Shown here: positions 48,125 through 57,928 of the stretch, piece by piece
Layout of the letters: every line of letters begins with the position of its first letter
How positions within the stretch are numbered: position 1 is the stretch's first letter
NCBI GenBank assembly: GCA_963707635.1
Contig: OY970173.1
Span: 448,001 to 512,000 of the forward strand
Source: Candidatus Latescibacterota bacterium
GTDB lineage: Bacteria; Krumholzibacteriota; Krumholzibacteriia; WVZY01; JAKEHA01
Length of the DNA: 64,000 nucleotides
Reading direction: 5' to 3'
Notes under the pieces: generated by a model
What the model saw: the letters and a program-made list of their open reading frames with translations, nothing else
Told to the model about the DNA's origin: nothing
Databases searched by the model: none
Position numbers and translations under genes: made by a program

Positions 48125-50074
48125 GTGACGCCGGGGTGGCTTCTTCTCGGCGCGGCGGGGTGTGCGGTGGTGGCGGTGTTGGGCGCCCGACAGGCGCCGC
48201 GGCTGTGGCTCGCCGCCTCGATGGGTGCCGCTGCCGCCGCGCTGGCCGCTTCGGTGTGGGTCCTCGTCTCCGGCGAGCCGTGCGACGCGCGCTTCGCGTT
48301 CGCGTTGGGCGGAGAGCCGCTGCACCTGCGGCTGGATGGAGTGGGCGCGTTCTTTCTCGCGCTGCTGGCGCTGGTCGGGGGCGCGTGCACCCTGTATTCG
48401 CAAGGGTACTGGAAGGACGATCAGCACCCCGCTTCCGCGCCGTCGGGGCGGGCCTGGTCGAGCGTGCTGCTCGTCAGCATGAGCCTGGTCCTGCTCGTCA
48501 CCAACGGACTCCATTTCCTCGTTGCGTGGGAACTGTTTTCCGTCAGCGCATACTTCATGATCACGCGCGAGCGTCAGCGTCGCGAGGTTCGATCGGCGGG
48601 ATGGTTGTTTCTAGCCGCGTCGCACGCGGGCACGCTGTGCCTGTTCGCCTTCTTCGCGGGGCTGGCCGCGCGCACCGGCAGCTGGGAGCTGGGCCCGATG
48701 CACGACCATCCGGAGCTCGCGCCGTGGTTCTGGCTCGCCCTCTGCGGTTTCGGCCTCAAGGCGGGCGTGTTCCCGCTCCACATCTGGCTGCCGTCCGCGC
48801 ACGCCAACGCGCCGAGCCATGTGTCCGCCATCCTGTCCGGGGTTGCCATCAAGATGGGGATCTTCGGACTGATTCGCTTCAGCGGCTGGTTGCCGACGCC
48901 CGCCGCCGCGGGCTGGGTGATCGCCGCGCTGGGGGCAACGAGCGCCGTGCTGGGGGTGGCGTTCGCGCTCGGCCAGCACGATCTAAAGCGTCTCCTCGCC
49001 TACCACAGCGTTGAAAACATCGGCATCATTCTGATCGGGCTCGGATTCGCGATCGTTTCTTCCGCGCACGGCGACGAGACCTGGGGGCGGCTGGCGCTGG
49101 CCGGCGGCCTCCTGCACGTGTGGAACCACGGCCTGTTCAAGGCCCTGCTGTTTCTGGGGGCGGGGTCGGTGCTCCACACCACCGGGACGCGCGAGATGAG
49201 CCGGCTGGGTGGGCTCTGGCGCACCATGCCCTGGACGGCGGGGATGTTCGCGCTGGGCGCGATCGCCATCGTCGGATTGCCTCCTTTGAACGGATTCGTG
49301 AGCGAGTGGCTCGTGTACCTGGGTCTGTTCGGCGCAACCTCGGCTCACGGGCCGCTGGCGTGGGCGGCGGTCCCGGCCGCGATTCTCCTGGGTGTGACCG
49401 GCGCGCTGGCGCTGGCATGCTTCGCGAAAGTGTGCGGGGTGGTGTTTCTCGGCGTGCCACGCAGCGAAGCCGCCGCGCGCTCGCACGAGAGCGGGTGGCT
49501 CATGCGCGCGCCGATGCTCGGATTGAGCGCCGCATGCGTGGCCATCGGCCTGGCGCCCGCGTTCTTCTGGCCGCTGGTGGCGCGCGCCGCTTCCGCGTGG
49601 CAACCGGCGTGGGTGGATTCTCCCGCGCCGGTGTCGCTGGTGGCACTCGGACGGTTCCACGTCGCCCTGGCGGTGCTGGCGGTGCTCGGCGCCGGCGGCC
49701 TCTGGCTCCGGGTCAGGCGCACCGGCGTCGTTCGCGCCCTGACGTGGGACTGCGGCTACGCCGCGCCGAGCGCGCGCATGCAGTACACCGCCGGTTCGTT
49801 CGCGGCGACGATCACGGGATGGTTCGCGTGGATCCTTCGGCCGCAGCGCGACGCGGAGCCGCCGACAGGAGCATTCCCGGCGCGCTCACGTTTCGACCAA
49901 CACACGCCGGAGACCATTCTCGAGCGGGTTGTCGAGCCCGCGGGTTCGATCGTCATGCGCGCGGCCGTGGGGGCGCGCAAGCTCCAGCACGGCCGGATCC
50001 AGGCGTACATTCTATATGTGCTGATCGGCGTGGTGGGTGTGGCACTGCTCGCGGTCATCGGGAGGGATCGATGA
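48125..50074 (+). CDS. HyfB-like antiporter-type membrane subunit (Ehr complex)
   Basis: FLVAWE, GLKAGVFPLHIWLPSAH..APSHVSA.LSG, LKRLLAYHSVENIG, NHGLFK, GLPPLNGFVSEW, TWDCGY, MQYT. Confidence 0.9.
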   Translation: MTPGWLLLGAAGCAVVAVLGARQAPRLWLAASMGAAAAALAASVWVLVSGEPCDARFAFALGGEPLHLRLDGVGAFFLALLALVGGACTLYSQGYWKDDQHPASAPSGRAWSSVLLVSMSLVLLVTNGLHFLVAWELFSVSAYFMITRERQRREVRSAGWLFLAASHAGTLCLFAFFAGLAARTGSWELGPMHDHPELAPWFWLALCGFGLKAGVFPLHIWLPSAHANAPSHVSAILSGVAIKMGIFGLIRFSGWLPTPAAAGWVIAALGATSAVLGVAFALGQHDLKRLLAYHSVENIGIILIGLGFAIVSSAHGDETWGRLALAGGLLHVWNHGLFKALLFLGAGSVLHTTGTREMSRLGGLWRTMPWTAGMFALGAIAIVGLPPLNGFVSEWLVYLGLFGATSAHGPLAWAAVPAAILLGVTGALALACFAKVCGVVFLGVPRSEAAARSHESGWLMRAPMLGLSAACVAIGLAPAFFWPLVARAASAWQPAWVDSPAPVSLVALGRFHVALAVLAVLGAGGLWLRVRRTGVVRALTWDCGYAAPSARMQYTAGSFAATITGWFAWILRPQRDAEPPTGAFPARSRFDQHTPETILERVVEPAGSIVMRAAVGARKLQHGRIQAYILYVLIGVVGVALLAVIGRDR

Positions 50075-50979
50075 ACTCGGTGATCCACCTGTTGATCGGT
50101 GTGGTGGGGTGGCTGGTGTTCGCACCGCTCATTCCCGGCGTGATCAACCGGGTGAAGGCGTGGGTCGCCGGCCGCAAGGGCCCTCCGCTGCTGCAGCTCT
50201 ATTACGACCTCGCGCGGCTGTGGCGCAAACAGGTGGTGTTGAGCACCACGGTTTCGCCCTTCCATGTCGCCGGCCCGGCGGTCGCGTTCGTGTCGATCCT
50301 GGGCGCGGCGCTGCTCCTTCCCATCGGACGGGCGGGTGCCCCGCTCTCGTTCGAAGGCGACGCGGTGTTGTTCGTGTACCTGCTCGCGCTGGCCCGTTTC
50401 TGCATGGCCGGCGCGGCGCTGGATACCGGCTCGGCTTTCGAGGGGATGGGCGCGGTTCGAGAGGTCAGCTACGCGGTCCTGGCCGAGGCGGCCGTCATCA
50501 CGGCCCTGCTCGTGCTCGGCGTCCAGACCGGCAGCGTGTCGTTGACGCGGATGCTCGCGCCGGCGGCGGGTCCGGGGACGGCGCTGCTCGCGGCCGGGTT
50601 GTTCATGGTGCTCCTCGCCGAGAACTGTCGCGTGCCCTTCGACGACCCCAACACGCACCTCGAGCTGACCATGGTCCACGAAGCGATGGTGCTCGACCAC
50701 AGCGGTCCGCCGCTGGCGGTGATCCTGCACGGAGCCGCGCTGAAACTCCTCGTGTTCTGCGTGCTGCTCACCGAAGCCGTTGTGCCGCTGGGCAACGTGT
50801 CACCCGTGCTGGTGGCGGCGGCGCTGATTGCCTCCGTGCTCGTCACGGCGGCCGGCGTGGGACTGGTGGAGTCGCTCCAGGCACGCGTGGCGTTTCGCCG
50901 CGTGCCCTTGCTTCTCACGACCGCATTCCTTCTGTGTCTCTTTGCACTCATGATCGCGTGGGAAAGGAATCCGCTGTGA
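50071..50979 (+). CDS. HyfC/NuoH-like membrane subunit (Ehr complex)
   Basis: GRKGPPLLQ.YYDL.RL, LDTGSAFEGMG, AENCRVPFDDPNTHLELTMVHEAM; ATGA overlap. Confidence 0.9.
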   Translation: MNSVIHLLIGVVGWLVFAPLIPGVINRVKAWVAGRKGPPLLQLYYDLARLWRKQVVLSTTVSPFHVAGPAVAFVSILGAALLLPIGRAGAPLSFEGDAVLFVYLLALARFCMAGAALDTGSAFEGMGAVREVSYAVLAEAAVITALLVLGVQTGSVSLTRMLAPAAGPGTALLAAGLFMVLLAENCRVPFDDPNTHLELTMVHEAMVLDHSGPPLAVILHGAALKLLVFCVLLTEAVVPLGNVSPVLVAAALIASVLVTAAGVGLVESLQARVAFRRVPLLLTTAFLLCLFALMIAWERNPL

Positions 50980-51617
50980 CCGATGCCATGAACCTGCTCG
51001 TCGGGCTCGCGATGGGGTTGAACCTCGTCGGGCTGGCGAGCAGCCGCCTGACCTCGCTCATCCAGGCGGCGGCGGTGCAGGGGATGGTGCTGGGCATCCT
51101 CCCCTTGCTCCTCGGCCACGGAGCCAGCTGGTGGGTGGTACTGGTCGCGGTGGCGACCGTGGTCGTGAAGGGATTCGTGATGCCGGCGCTCCTGCGCAGG
51201 GCGTTGCGCTCGGCGCACATCGACCGCGAAGTGCAGCCGCTGATTCCATTCGTGCCGTCGCTCCTGCTCGGAGCGGCGGCGACGGTCGGGACGGTGGCGC
51301 TCAGCCGCGCGCTGCCGCTGCGACCCGAGCACGCCCACCTGCTGCTCGTGCCGGGCGCGTTTGCCACCGTGGTGTCCGGCCTCCTCCTGCTGATGGGTCG
51401 CGCGAAAGCGATCGCGCAGGTGTGCGGGTACCTGATGCTGGAAAACGGGATCTACATGTTCGGCCTCCTGCTCATCGGTTCCACCCCGCTCCTGGTCGAA
51501 GCGGGGATTCTGCTCGACCTCACCGTGGCCGTATTCGTGGTCGGTATCATCGTGGACCGCATCCAGCGCGAGTTCGACACGCTCGACACCCGCAAGCTCA
51601 CGGCGTTGCACGAATGA
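50976..51617 (+). CDS. HyfE-like membrane subunit (Ehr complex)
   Basis: VKG.VMP.LL, Q..GYLMLENGI, LVEAGILLD; GTGA overlap. Confidence 0.85.
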   Translation: MTDAMNLLVGLAMGLNLVGLASSRLTSLIQAAAVQGMVLGILPLLLGHGASWWVVLVAVATVVVKGFVMPALLRRALRSAHIDREVQPLIPFVPSLLLGAAATVGTVALSRALPLRPEHAHLLLVPGAFATVVSGLLLLMGRAKAIAQVCGYLMLENGIYMFGLLLIGSTPLLVEAGILLDLTVAVFVVGIIVDRIQREFDTLDTRKLTALHE

Positions 51618-53053
51618 TCGAGATCGCCCTGGTTGCGGTTCCTCTGTTGCTGGCCGCCGTGGCGGCCGCCTGGACGTCGGAACGAACCCGGCCGTGGCTG
51701 CTGCCGGCGGGCGGTCTCGTCCACACGGCGTTGGTGTGGCGACTGCTGCTGGGCCCTTCGTCGGAGCCGGTCAGCGCGTGGTTCGGTTTCGACGCCCTCG
51801 CGCGCGCCGTGTTGCCGATGATCTCGATTCTGTTTCTCGTGTGCTCGGCATACGGGGTGGCGTACCTGCGGATCCGTATCGAACGATCCAATCGGGTCTT
51901 CGTCGCCACCCTGCTCGCCCTGCTCGCGCTGTTGAGCCTCGCGGTCCAGGCCCAGCAACTCAGCCTGCTCTGGATCGGGGCGGAAGCCGCCACCCTGCTG
52001 ACGGTCCCGCTCCTGCACTTCAACCGCACCGCCCGCGCGATCGAGGCCACGTGGAAATACCTGATTGTCGGAGGCACGGGCATCGCGCTGTCGCTGCTCG
52101 GATCGTTTTGTCTCGGCTATGCGTCGCTGCACGGCGGCGGCAGCGGCGACCTCACGTTCGCCGCGCTGGCGAACCAGGGGCCGTCTCTGTCGCGCCCGTG
52201 GCTGGTGGCCGCGTGGGTGTTGCTGCTCGTAGGATACGGCACCAAGATGGGACTCGCGCCGATGCACACGTGGAAGCCGGACGCGTACGGCGAGGCGCCG
52301 GGCATCGTCGGCGCGTTGCTGGCGGGAGGCATGACGACCATGGCGTTCGTCGCTGTGCTGCGGGTCAAGCAGGTCGTCGACGCCGCCGGCGCGGGCGTGA
52401 TGGCGGAGCGCACGCTCCTCGCGCTCGGCCTCTTCTCGATGGTGCTGGCCGCGTTGTTCTTGTTGAGCACGCGGGATTTCAAGCGCATGCTCGCCTACTC
52501 GAGCATCGAGCACATGGGTATTCTGGCGGTGGGCGCCTCGCTCGGGACCGCCGGACTATCGGCGGCGCTGTTTCATGTGTGGAACAACGGGCTGACCAAG
52601 GGGGCGCTCTTCTTGAGCGCGGGAAATATCCGCCGGGCGGCCGGGGCGCGCACGACGGACACGGTGGCCGGGATGGTGTGGCGGGCGCCGATTTCCGCGC
52701 GGGTGTGGGTGGTGGGGATGTTCGCGATCACGGCCACGCCGCCGTTCGGCCCCTTCTTCAGCGAAATACGTATCGTGCGCAGCGCGCTGGAGGGCGGCCA
52801 CGGGATGACGGTGGTGGTGTTCCTCGCCTGCCTGCTGATCGCGTTTCTCGGTCTCACGCGGCTGATGCTCGCCGTGGTCGACGGACGTCCGCGAACGGCG
52901 GCGCGGGCCGAGGGCGCGCGCGGCGAAACGCCCGGCGTCATCATCCCGCCCCTCCTGTTTCTGGGCTTTTCACTCTGGCTCGGGCTCGCCGCGCCGTCCG
53001 TGCTGCGCCAGTCGTGGAACGCGGCGGCCGCGTTCCTGCACCCGGGACGATGA
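51614..53053 (+). CDS. HyfF-like antiporter-type membrane subunit (Ehr complex)
   Basis: EATWKY, GYGTKMGLAPMHTWKPDAY.EAP, KRMLAYSSIEHMG, PPFGPFFSE. Confidence 0.9.
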   Translation: MIEIALVAVPLLLAAVAAAWTSERTRPWLLPAGGLVHTALVWRLLLGPSSEPVSAWFGFDALARAVLPMISILFLVCSAYGVAYLRIRIERSNRVFVATLLALLALLSLAVQAQQLSLLWIGAEAATLLTVPLLHFNRTARAIEATWKYLIVGGTGIALSLLGSFCLGYASLHGGGSGDLTFAALANQGPSLSRPWLVAAWVLLLVGYGTKMGLAPMHTWKPDAYGEAPGIVGALLAGGMTTMAFVAVLRVKQVVDAAGAGVMAERTLLALGLFSMVLAALFLLSTRDFKRMLAYSSIEHMGILAVGASLGTAGLSAALFHVWNNGLTKGALFLSAGNIRRAAGARTTDTVAGMVWRAPISARVWVVGMFAITATPPFGPFFSEIRIVRSALEGGHGMTVVVFLACLLIAFLGLTRLMLAVVDGRPRTAARAEGARGETPGVIIPPLLFLGFSLWLGLAAPSVLRQSWNAAAAFLHPGR

Positions 53054-54531
53054 ATCCACTACGCGCATTCGCGGGCCTGGAAAACGGCGGAAGCCTCTCC
53101 TGGAAAGACGTTCCCGAGTGGCGACTCGACGATTTTCTCGCCGCGGCCGGCCGCGAGCTGGATCGCGGCGCGCGGCTGTGCGCGCTGTTCGGGGTTCCGG
53201 AGGGAGCGGCGACGCGGCTGGTGGCGGTGGTGGCGTTCGACGAAGACAGCACGCTGGCGGTGGGGCGGAGCGAGCCGATCACGCGCGGGTATCCGTCGCT
53301 CACGCCGCGCTACCCGCAGGCACACCTCTTCGAGCGCGAAGTGTGGGAACAGCACGCGCTCGTTCCCGACGGCCATCCGTGGCTCAAACCGGTTCGGCTG
53401 GACCACGGCAAGGGCCCGGGGGTCGGCGAGTTCTTCCGGGTGGAAGGGCACGAGGTGCACGAGGTCGCCGTCGGACCGGTGCACGCCGGTATCATCGAGC
53501 CCGGCCACTTCCGATTTCAATGTCATGGCGAGGAGGTGCTCCACCTCGAGATCGCGCTGGGCTTCCAGCACCGCGGGATCGAGGAGGCACTGGCCGGCGG
53601 CCCGCACCGCGCGACGATGAGTCAGATGGAAACGATCGCGGGGGACACCACCATCGCCCACGCGACCGCCTACGCGACCGTGCTCGAGGCGCTCGCGGGC
53701 GTGGAAGCGCCGCCGCGGGCGCAGTGGCTGCGCGCGGTGGCGCTCGAGCTGGAGCGGTTGGCCAATCACACCGGGGACCTCGGCGCGCTGGCCAACGACG
53801 TGGCGTTTCTTCCGACCGCGGCCGCGTGCGGCCGCATCCGCGGGGACTTCCTGAACCTCACCGCGCTGATGTGCGGGAGTCGTTTCGGACGCGGGCTCGT
53901 GCGCCCCGGCGGATCTCGCTTCGACCTGGAACCCGAGCGGGTCTCGCTCATGCGGGAGCCGCTGCGCGTGGCGGTCGCCGAGGCGGACGAAGCGGCGTCG
54001 TGGCTCTGGGAAGCGAACTCGGTGCGCGCACGCTTCGAAGGCACCGGAGTGGTGAGCGTCGAACAGGCGGAAACGATGGGGCTGGTAGGACCGGCCGCGC
54101 GTGCATCGGGCCTCGTGCGCGATGTCCGCTTCGATCATCCGGTCGGCTGGCATCGCGCCGCGCCGATTCCCGTGGCGGTCTGGCCCGGCGGCGACGTGTT
54201 CGCCCGCGCGCGCGTGCGCTGGCTGGAGGTGCAACGCTCCGGCCGCTTTCTGGCGGAGCAGCTCTCGTCCGCCCCGGCGGGGGACCTTCGAGTCCGCATG
54301 CCCGACCTCGCGACCGACGCGCTCGCGATCGCGCTGGTCGAAGGATGGCGCGGCGAAGTCTGTCATACGGCGATCACCGACGGGGCGGGGCGCCTGCGCC
54401 GCTACAAGATCGTGGATCCGTCCTTCCATAACTGGACGGCGCTCGCCCTGGCGATGCGCGCCCAGGCGATCTCGGACTTCCCGTTGTGCAACAAGAGTTT
54501 CAACCTTTCATATTGCGGGTTCGACCTCTAG
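53050..54531 (+). CDS. HycE/NuoCD-like large subunit lacking Ni-ligating cysteines (EhrL-type)
   Basis: FEREVWEQ, VGPVHAGIIEPGHFRF, LELERLANH, VEGWRG, DPSF.NW; L1 region ETIAGDTTIAH and L2 region KSFNLSYCG lack CxxC. Confidence 0.88.
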   Translation: MNPLRAFAGLENGGSLSWKDVPEWRLDDFLAAAGRELDRGARLCALFGVPEGAATRLVAVVAFDEDSTLAVGRSEPITRGYPSLTPRYPQAHLFEREVWEQHALVPDGHPWLKPVRLDHGKGPGVGEFFRVEGHEVHEVAVGPVHAGIIEPGHFRFQCHGEEVLHLEIALGFQHRGIEEALAGGPHRATMSQMETIAGDTTIAHATAYATVLEALAGVEAPPRAQWLRAVALELERLANHTGDLGALANDVAFLPTAAACGRIRGDFLNLTALMCGSRFGRGLVRPGGSRFDLEPERVSLMREPLRVAVAEADEAASWLWEANSVRARFEGTGVVSVEQAETMGLVGPAARASGLVRDVRFDHPVGWHRAAPIPVAVWPGGDVFARARVRWLEVQRSGRFLAEQLSSAPAGDLRVRMPDLATDALAIALVEGWRGEVCHTAITDGAGRLRRYKIVDPSFHNWTALALAMRAQAISDFPLCNKSFNLSYCGFDL

Positions 54532-54533
54532 CC

Positions 54534-55331
54534 ATGTTCATCCTGGATACCATCGCGCGTCGAATGCGGCACGGCTGCCGCACCATGCAGTATCCCGATG
54601 GTCCCCCGCCGGCGCTGCCGGACCGGCACGGGGGCGCGCTGCGCGTGGATCCCTCCCGGTGTGTGGAGGGGTGCACCGCGTGCGTGCCGGTGTGTCCCAC
54701 CCGCGCCATCACGCGCTCGCCGGGCGGGCAGGTCGTGCTCGACCTCGGTCGCTGTCTGTTCTGCTCCGCGTGCGTCGAAGCATGTCCGACCCAGGCCATC
54801 ACCCACACCGGCGACCACCGCATCGCCGCGACCCGGCGCGACGACCTGCTGCTCGGCGAATCCGGCGCTGAAGTGCGCCTCGCAATCGCGCTGGACGAAA
54901 AGCTGCGCGGGCTCTTCGGCCGTTCGCTGCGGCTGCGCCAGGTCTGCGCCGGCGGATGCAACGGGTGCGAAGCAGACACCAACGTGCTCAACACGATCGG
55001 CTGGGATCTGGGACGATTCGGCATCCAGTTCGTGGCCTCTCCGCGCCACGCGGACGGGCTGCTGGTGACCGGCCCGGTTTCGAGAAACATGCAGCTGGCG
55101 CTGGAGAAGACCTACGCCGCCGTGCCGGCTCCGAAGATCGTCATCGCGGTCGGCGCGTGCGCGATCGCCGGCGGTCCTTTCGTCGACCACCCGGAAGTCT
55201 CCAACGGCGCGGCGAGTGTCGTGCCGGTCGACCTCTTCATCGCCGGCTGCCCGCCGCATCCGCTCACGATTCTCGACGGCCTCCTGCGCCTGATCGGCCG
55301 GCTGGACGAAAGCCGCTGGACGGCGCGGTGA
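54534..55331 (+). CDS. Ferredoxin (2x[4Fe-4S]) fused to NuoB/HyfI-like small subunit (EhrS-type)
   Basis: CVEGCTACVPVCP, CLFCSACVEACP, GGCNGCE, SPRHAD, VGAC, GCPP. Confidence 0.88.
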   Translation: MFILDTIARRMRHGCRTMQYPDGPPPALPDRHGGALRVDPSRCVEGCTACVPVCPTRAITRSPGGQVVLDLGRCLFCSACVEACPTQAITHTGDHRIAATRRDDLLLGESGAEVRLAIALDEKLRGLFGRSLRLRQVCAGGCNGCEADTNVLNTIGWDLGRFGIQFVASPRHADGLLVTGPVSRNMQLALEKTYAAVPAPKIVIAVGACAIAGGPFVDHPEVSNGAASVVPVDLFIAGCPPHPLTILDGLLRLIGRLDESRWTAR

Positions 55332-55381
55332 CGGCCGCGTGGGGCGTGCCCGTCGCTGCCGCGTGTGCTAGACTCTCCGCC

Positions 55382-56483
55382 ATGCTGGACGTTATCCGGG
55401 CGAAGGTCGAACGGGGCGAGCGCATCTCGCGCGCGGAAGGCCTGTTTCTCCTGCAGGAAGCGCCCCTCCTTGAGCTGGCCCCGCTCGCGATGTCGCGGCG
55501 CTACCAGCACAACCCCGCACCAAGGGTGACCTTCGTCGTCGACACCAATCTCAATTATACGAACGTTTGCGACGCCTTCTGCACGTTTTGCGCGTTCTAT
55601 CGCACGCCGGGGCAGGAGGGCGAGTACACCTATTCGATCGAACAGATGATGGCCCAGTTCGCGCGCGCGCGCGAGATGGGCTGCACGACGGTGCTGCTCC
55701 AGGGTGGGCTCAACCGCGACATCCCGTTCGACTATTACCTCGACCTGGTGCGCGAAACCCGGCGGAGGTTTCCGGACATCCACCCGCATTTCTATTCCGC
55801 GCCCGAGGTCATGAAGATGACCGAGGTGTCGGGCCTGCCGCTCGACGGCGGTCATGGCCCGTCTCCACGACGCCGGGCTGCGCTCGATTCCCGGGGGCGG
55901 CGCCGAGATTCTCTCCGACCGGGTGAAGCAGCACATCTCGAAGGTGTGGCCCAAGGCGACCACGCAGGACTGGGTCGACGTGCACCGCGCCGCACACCGC
56001 GCCGGCATCCGTTCCACGGCCACGATGATGTATGGGCACGTCGAGACCGACGACGACGTCGTCGACCACCTGGAGCAGGTGCGCGCGCTACAGGATGAAA
56101 CGCGCGGGTTCACCGCGTTCGTTCCCTGGAGCTACAAGCGCGACCAGAATCCGCTCGCGCGCAAGGTGAAGACCGAGGCGGGGCCGAACCGCTACCTGCG
56201 GATCATCGCGGTGTCGCGCATCTACCTCGACAACTTTGCGCACGTGCAGGCGTCGTGGTTCTCGGAGGGGAAGAAGACCGGGGTGGTGGCGCTCCACTTC
56301 GGCGGCGATGATTTCGGCGGCACCATCTTCGACGAAAACGTGATGCAGGAAGCCGGTTTCTTCAACCGGACGACCGTGGACGAGATCGTGGCGTTGATTC
56401 GCGACGCGGGGTTTCGGCCGGCGCAGCGATCCACGCTCTACGAAATCGTGCGTGAGTTTCCGGAGGCCGTCTCCGTCGCATGA
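55382..56483 (+). pseudogene. mqnC: Cyclic dehypoxanthine futalosine synthase MqnC, interrupted by a single +1 frameshift at ~55847 (pseudogene or sequence error)
   Basis: First frame: NYTNVCDAFCTFCAFYR, LLQGG. Second frame: PGGGAEILS, TATMMYGHVE, AFVPW, HVQASW, GGDDFGGT, PAQRSTLY. Removing one G from GAC-G-GCG-GTC-ATG joins them. Confidence 0.85.
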
Positions 56484-57313
56484 GCGACCGCGCCGTTTCC
56501 ATCGCCCTGGTCCAGCAACGAGCCACACCGGATCGAACCGACAACCTCTGCCGCGGCCTGATCGCGCTCGAGCGCGCCGCCGAACGGGGCGCGCGCATCG
56601 TCGGCTATGCCGAGCTGGCGTTCGAACCGTTCTACCCGCAGGAACCCGCGCGCGGCGACGTCCGCGCCCTGGCGGAACCCATCCCCGGCCCGACCACCGA
56701 CATGTTTGCGAGCGCCGCCCGGCGGCTCGGCGTGGTGGTGGTGCTGAACCTCTTCGAGCGCGCCGGCAGTCGAACCTTCGACTCCTCGCCCGTCATCGAC
56801 GCGGACGGAACGCTGCTCGGCGTCACGCGCATGGTCCACATCACCGACTACCCGTGTTTCCACGAGCAGGGGTACTACGCGCCCGGCGACCGCGGCGCGC
56901 CCGTCTATGCAACCCGGCACGGGCGGGTGGGAGTGGCGATCTGCTACGACCGCCACTACCCGGAGTACATGCGCGCGCTGGCGCTCGGTGGCGCGGAGAT
57001 CGTGTTCGTGCCCCAGGCCGGCGTGGTGAGCGAGTGGCCGGAAGGACTCTACGAAGCGGAGATGCGCGTGGCTGCGTTTCAGAACGGGTATTTCGTCGCG
57101 CTGGCGAACCGCGTCGGGGAGGAACCGCGGCTCACGTTCGCCGGCGAGTCGTTCGTGTGCGACCCGGCGGGACACGTGGTAGCGCGCGCCGCGCAGGGTA
57201 CGGATGAAATCCTGACGTGCCGCCTCGACCTGGACGAGATCGCCCGTTCCCACGCGCGCACGCTCTTTCTGCGCGACCGGCGGCCCGAGCTGTACGCAGA
57301 GTGGTTTCGCTGA
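56480..57313 (+). CDS. Carbon-nitrogen hydrolase (nitrilase superfamily, N-carbamoyl amidase-like)
   Basis: IALVQ, AELAF, ICYDRHYPE, GAEIVFVP, NRVG.E..L.F.G.S, RDRRPELY. Confidence 0.85.
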   Translation: MSDRAVSIALVQQRATPDRTDNLCRGLIALERAAERGARIVGYAELAFEPFYPQEPARGDVRALAEPIPGPTTDMFASAARRLGVVVVLNLFERAGSRTFDSSPVIDADGTLLGVTRMVHITDYPCFHEQGYYAPGDRGAPVYATRHGRVGVAICYDRHYPEYMRALALGGAEIVFVPQAGVVSEWPEGLYEAEMRVAAFQNGYFVALANRVGEEPRLTFAGESFVCDPAGHVVARAAQGTDEILTCRLDLDEIARSHARTLFLRDRRPELYAEWFR

Positions 57314-57440
57314 TCGGGTCCAGGTCCAGCAGGAAAGCTGTACGCCCGGACGGGTTTGATCCTATGATGGCCGGCACGGACGGTGCCTGCCGTTCCGTGG
57401 GGAGACGATCGGACCAGCACGTGTCGACAGGAGGAGCGCC

Positions 57441-57881
57441 ATGTTCGGTAAGATGTTTTCGAGCGACGCAGTCGCAAAGGATTTCGGACTCCTGCTCATC
57501 CGCCTCGGGATCGGCGCCAGCGTGTTCATTTTCCACGGCTACGGCAAGATGACGGGGGGACCCGAACGGTGGGAGGGCATCGGCGGGGCGATGGGCAACC
57601 TGGGCATTCATTTCCTGCCGGTGGCGTGGGGGTTCATGGCCGCGTTCGCGGAATCGGTCGGGTCGATCCTGCTGGTGCTCGGGCCGCTGTTTCGCACCGC
57701 GACGCTGCTGCTCGCCTTCAACATGTTCGTGGCGGTCATGCGGCACATCAACCTTCCGGTCGGCGAACCGGGCGCCGGTTGGGAGGGAGCCTCGCATGCG
57801 CTGGAACTGATGGTCGTCTATCTGGGGTTGTTCTTCACCGGGCCGGGCAAGTTCGCCGCCAAGCTGGGCAAGGTCAATTGA
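57441..57881 (+). CDS. DoxX-family membrane protein
   Basis: GLLLIRLG.G....FHGYGK, AE..G..LL.LG..FR, TGPGKF; RBS AGGAGG. Confidence 0.88.
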   Translation: MFGKMFSSDAVAKDFGLLLIRLGIGASVFIFHGYGKMTGGPERWEGIGGAMGNLGIHFLPVAWGFMAAFAESVGSILLVLGPLFRTATLLLAFNMFVAVMRHINLPVGEPGAGWEGASHALELMVVYLGLFFTGPGKFAAKLGKVN

Positions 57882-57928
57882 CCTGCGCCCTCTGGCGCGG
57901 TACCATCGGTTCCCCGGCAGGTAGCAGA

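Noticed and set aside
48125..55331. Formate hydrogenlyase / group 4 [NiFe] hydrogenase
   Set aside because: Large subunit lacks both CxxC metal-binding motifs; no fdh or hyp genes in the window
55841..55856. Programmed ribosomal frameshift in mqnC
   Set aside because: No slippery heptamer, homopolymer run or evident stimulator
57314..57440. SRP (4.5S) RNA-like text CAGGTCCAGCAGGAAAGCTG
   Set aside because: Lacks the GNRA tetraloop and AGCAG internal-loop geometry and a convincing long closing stem
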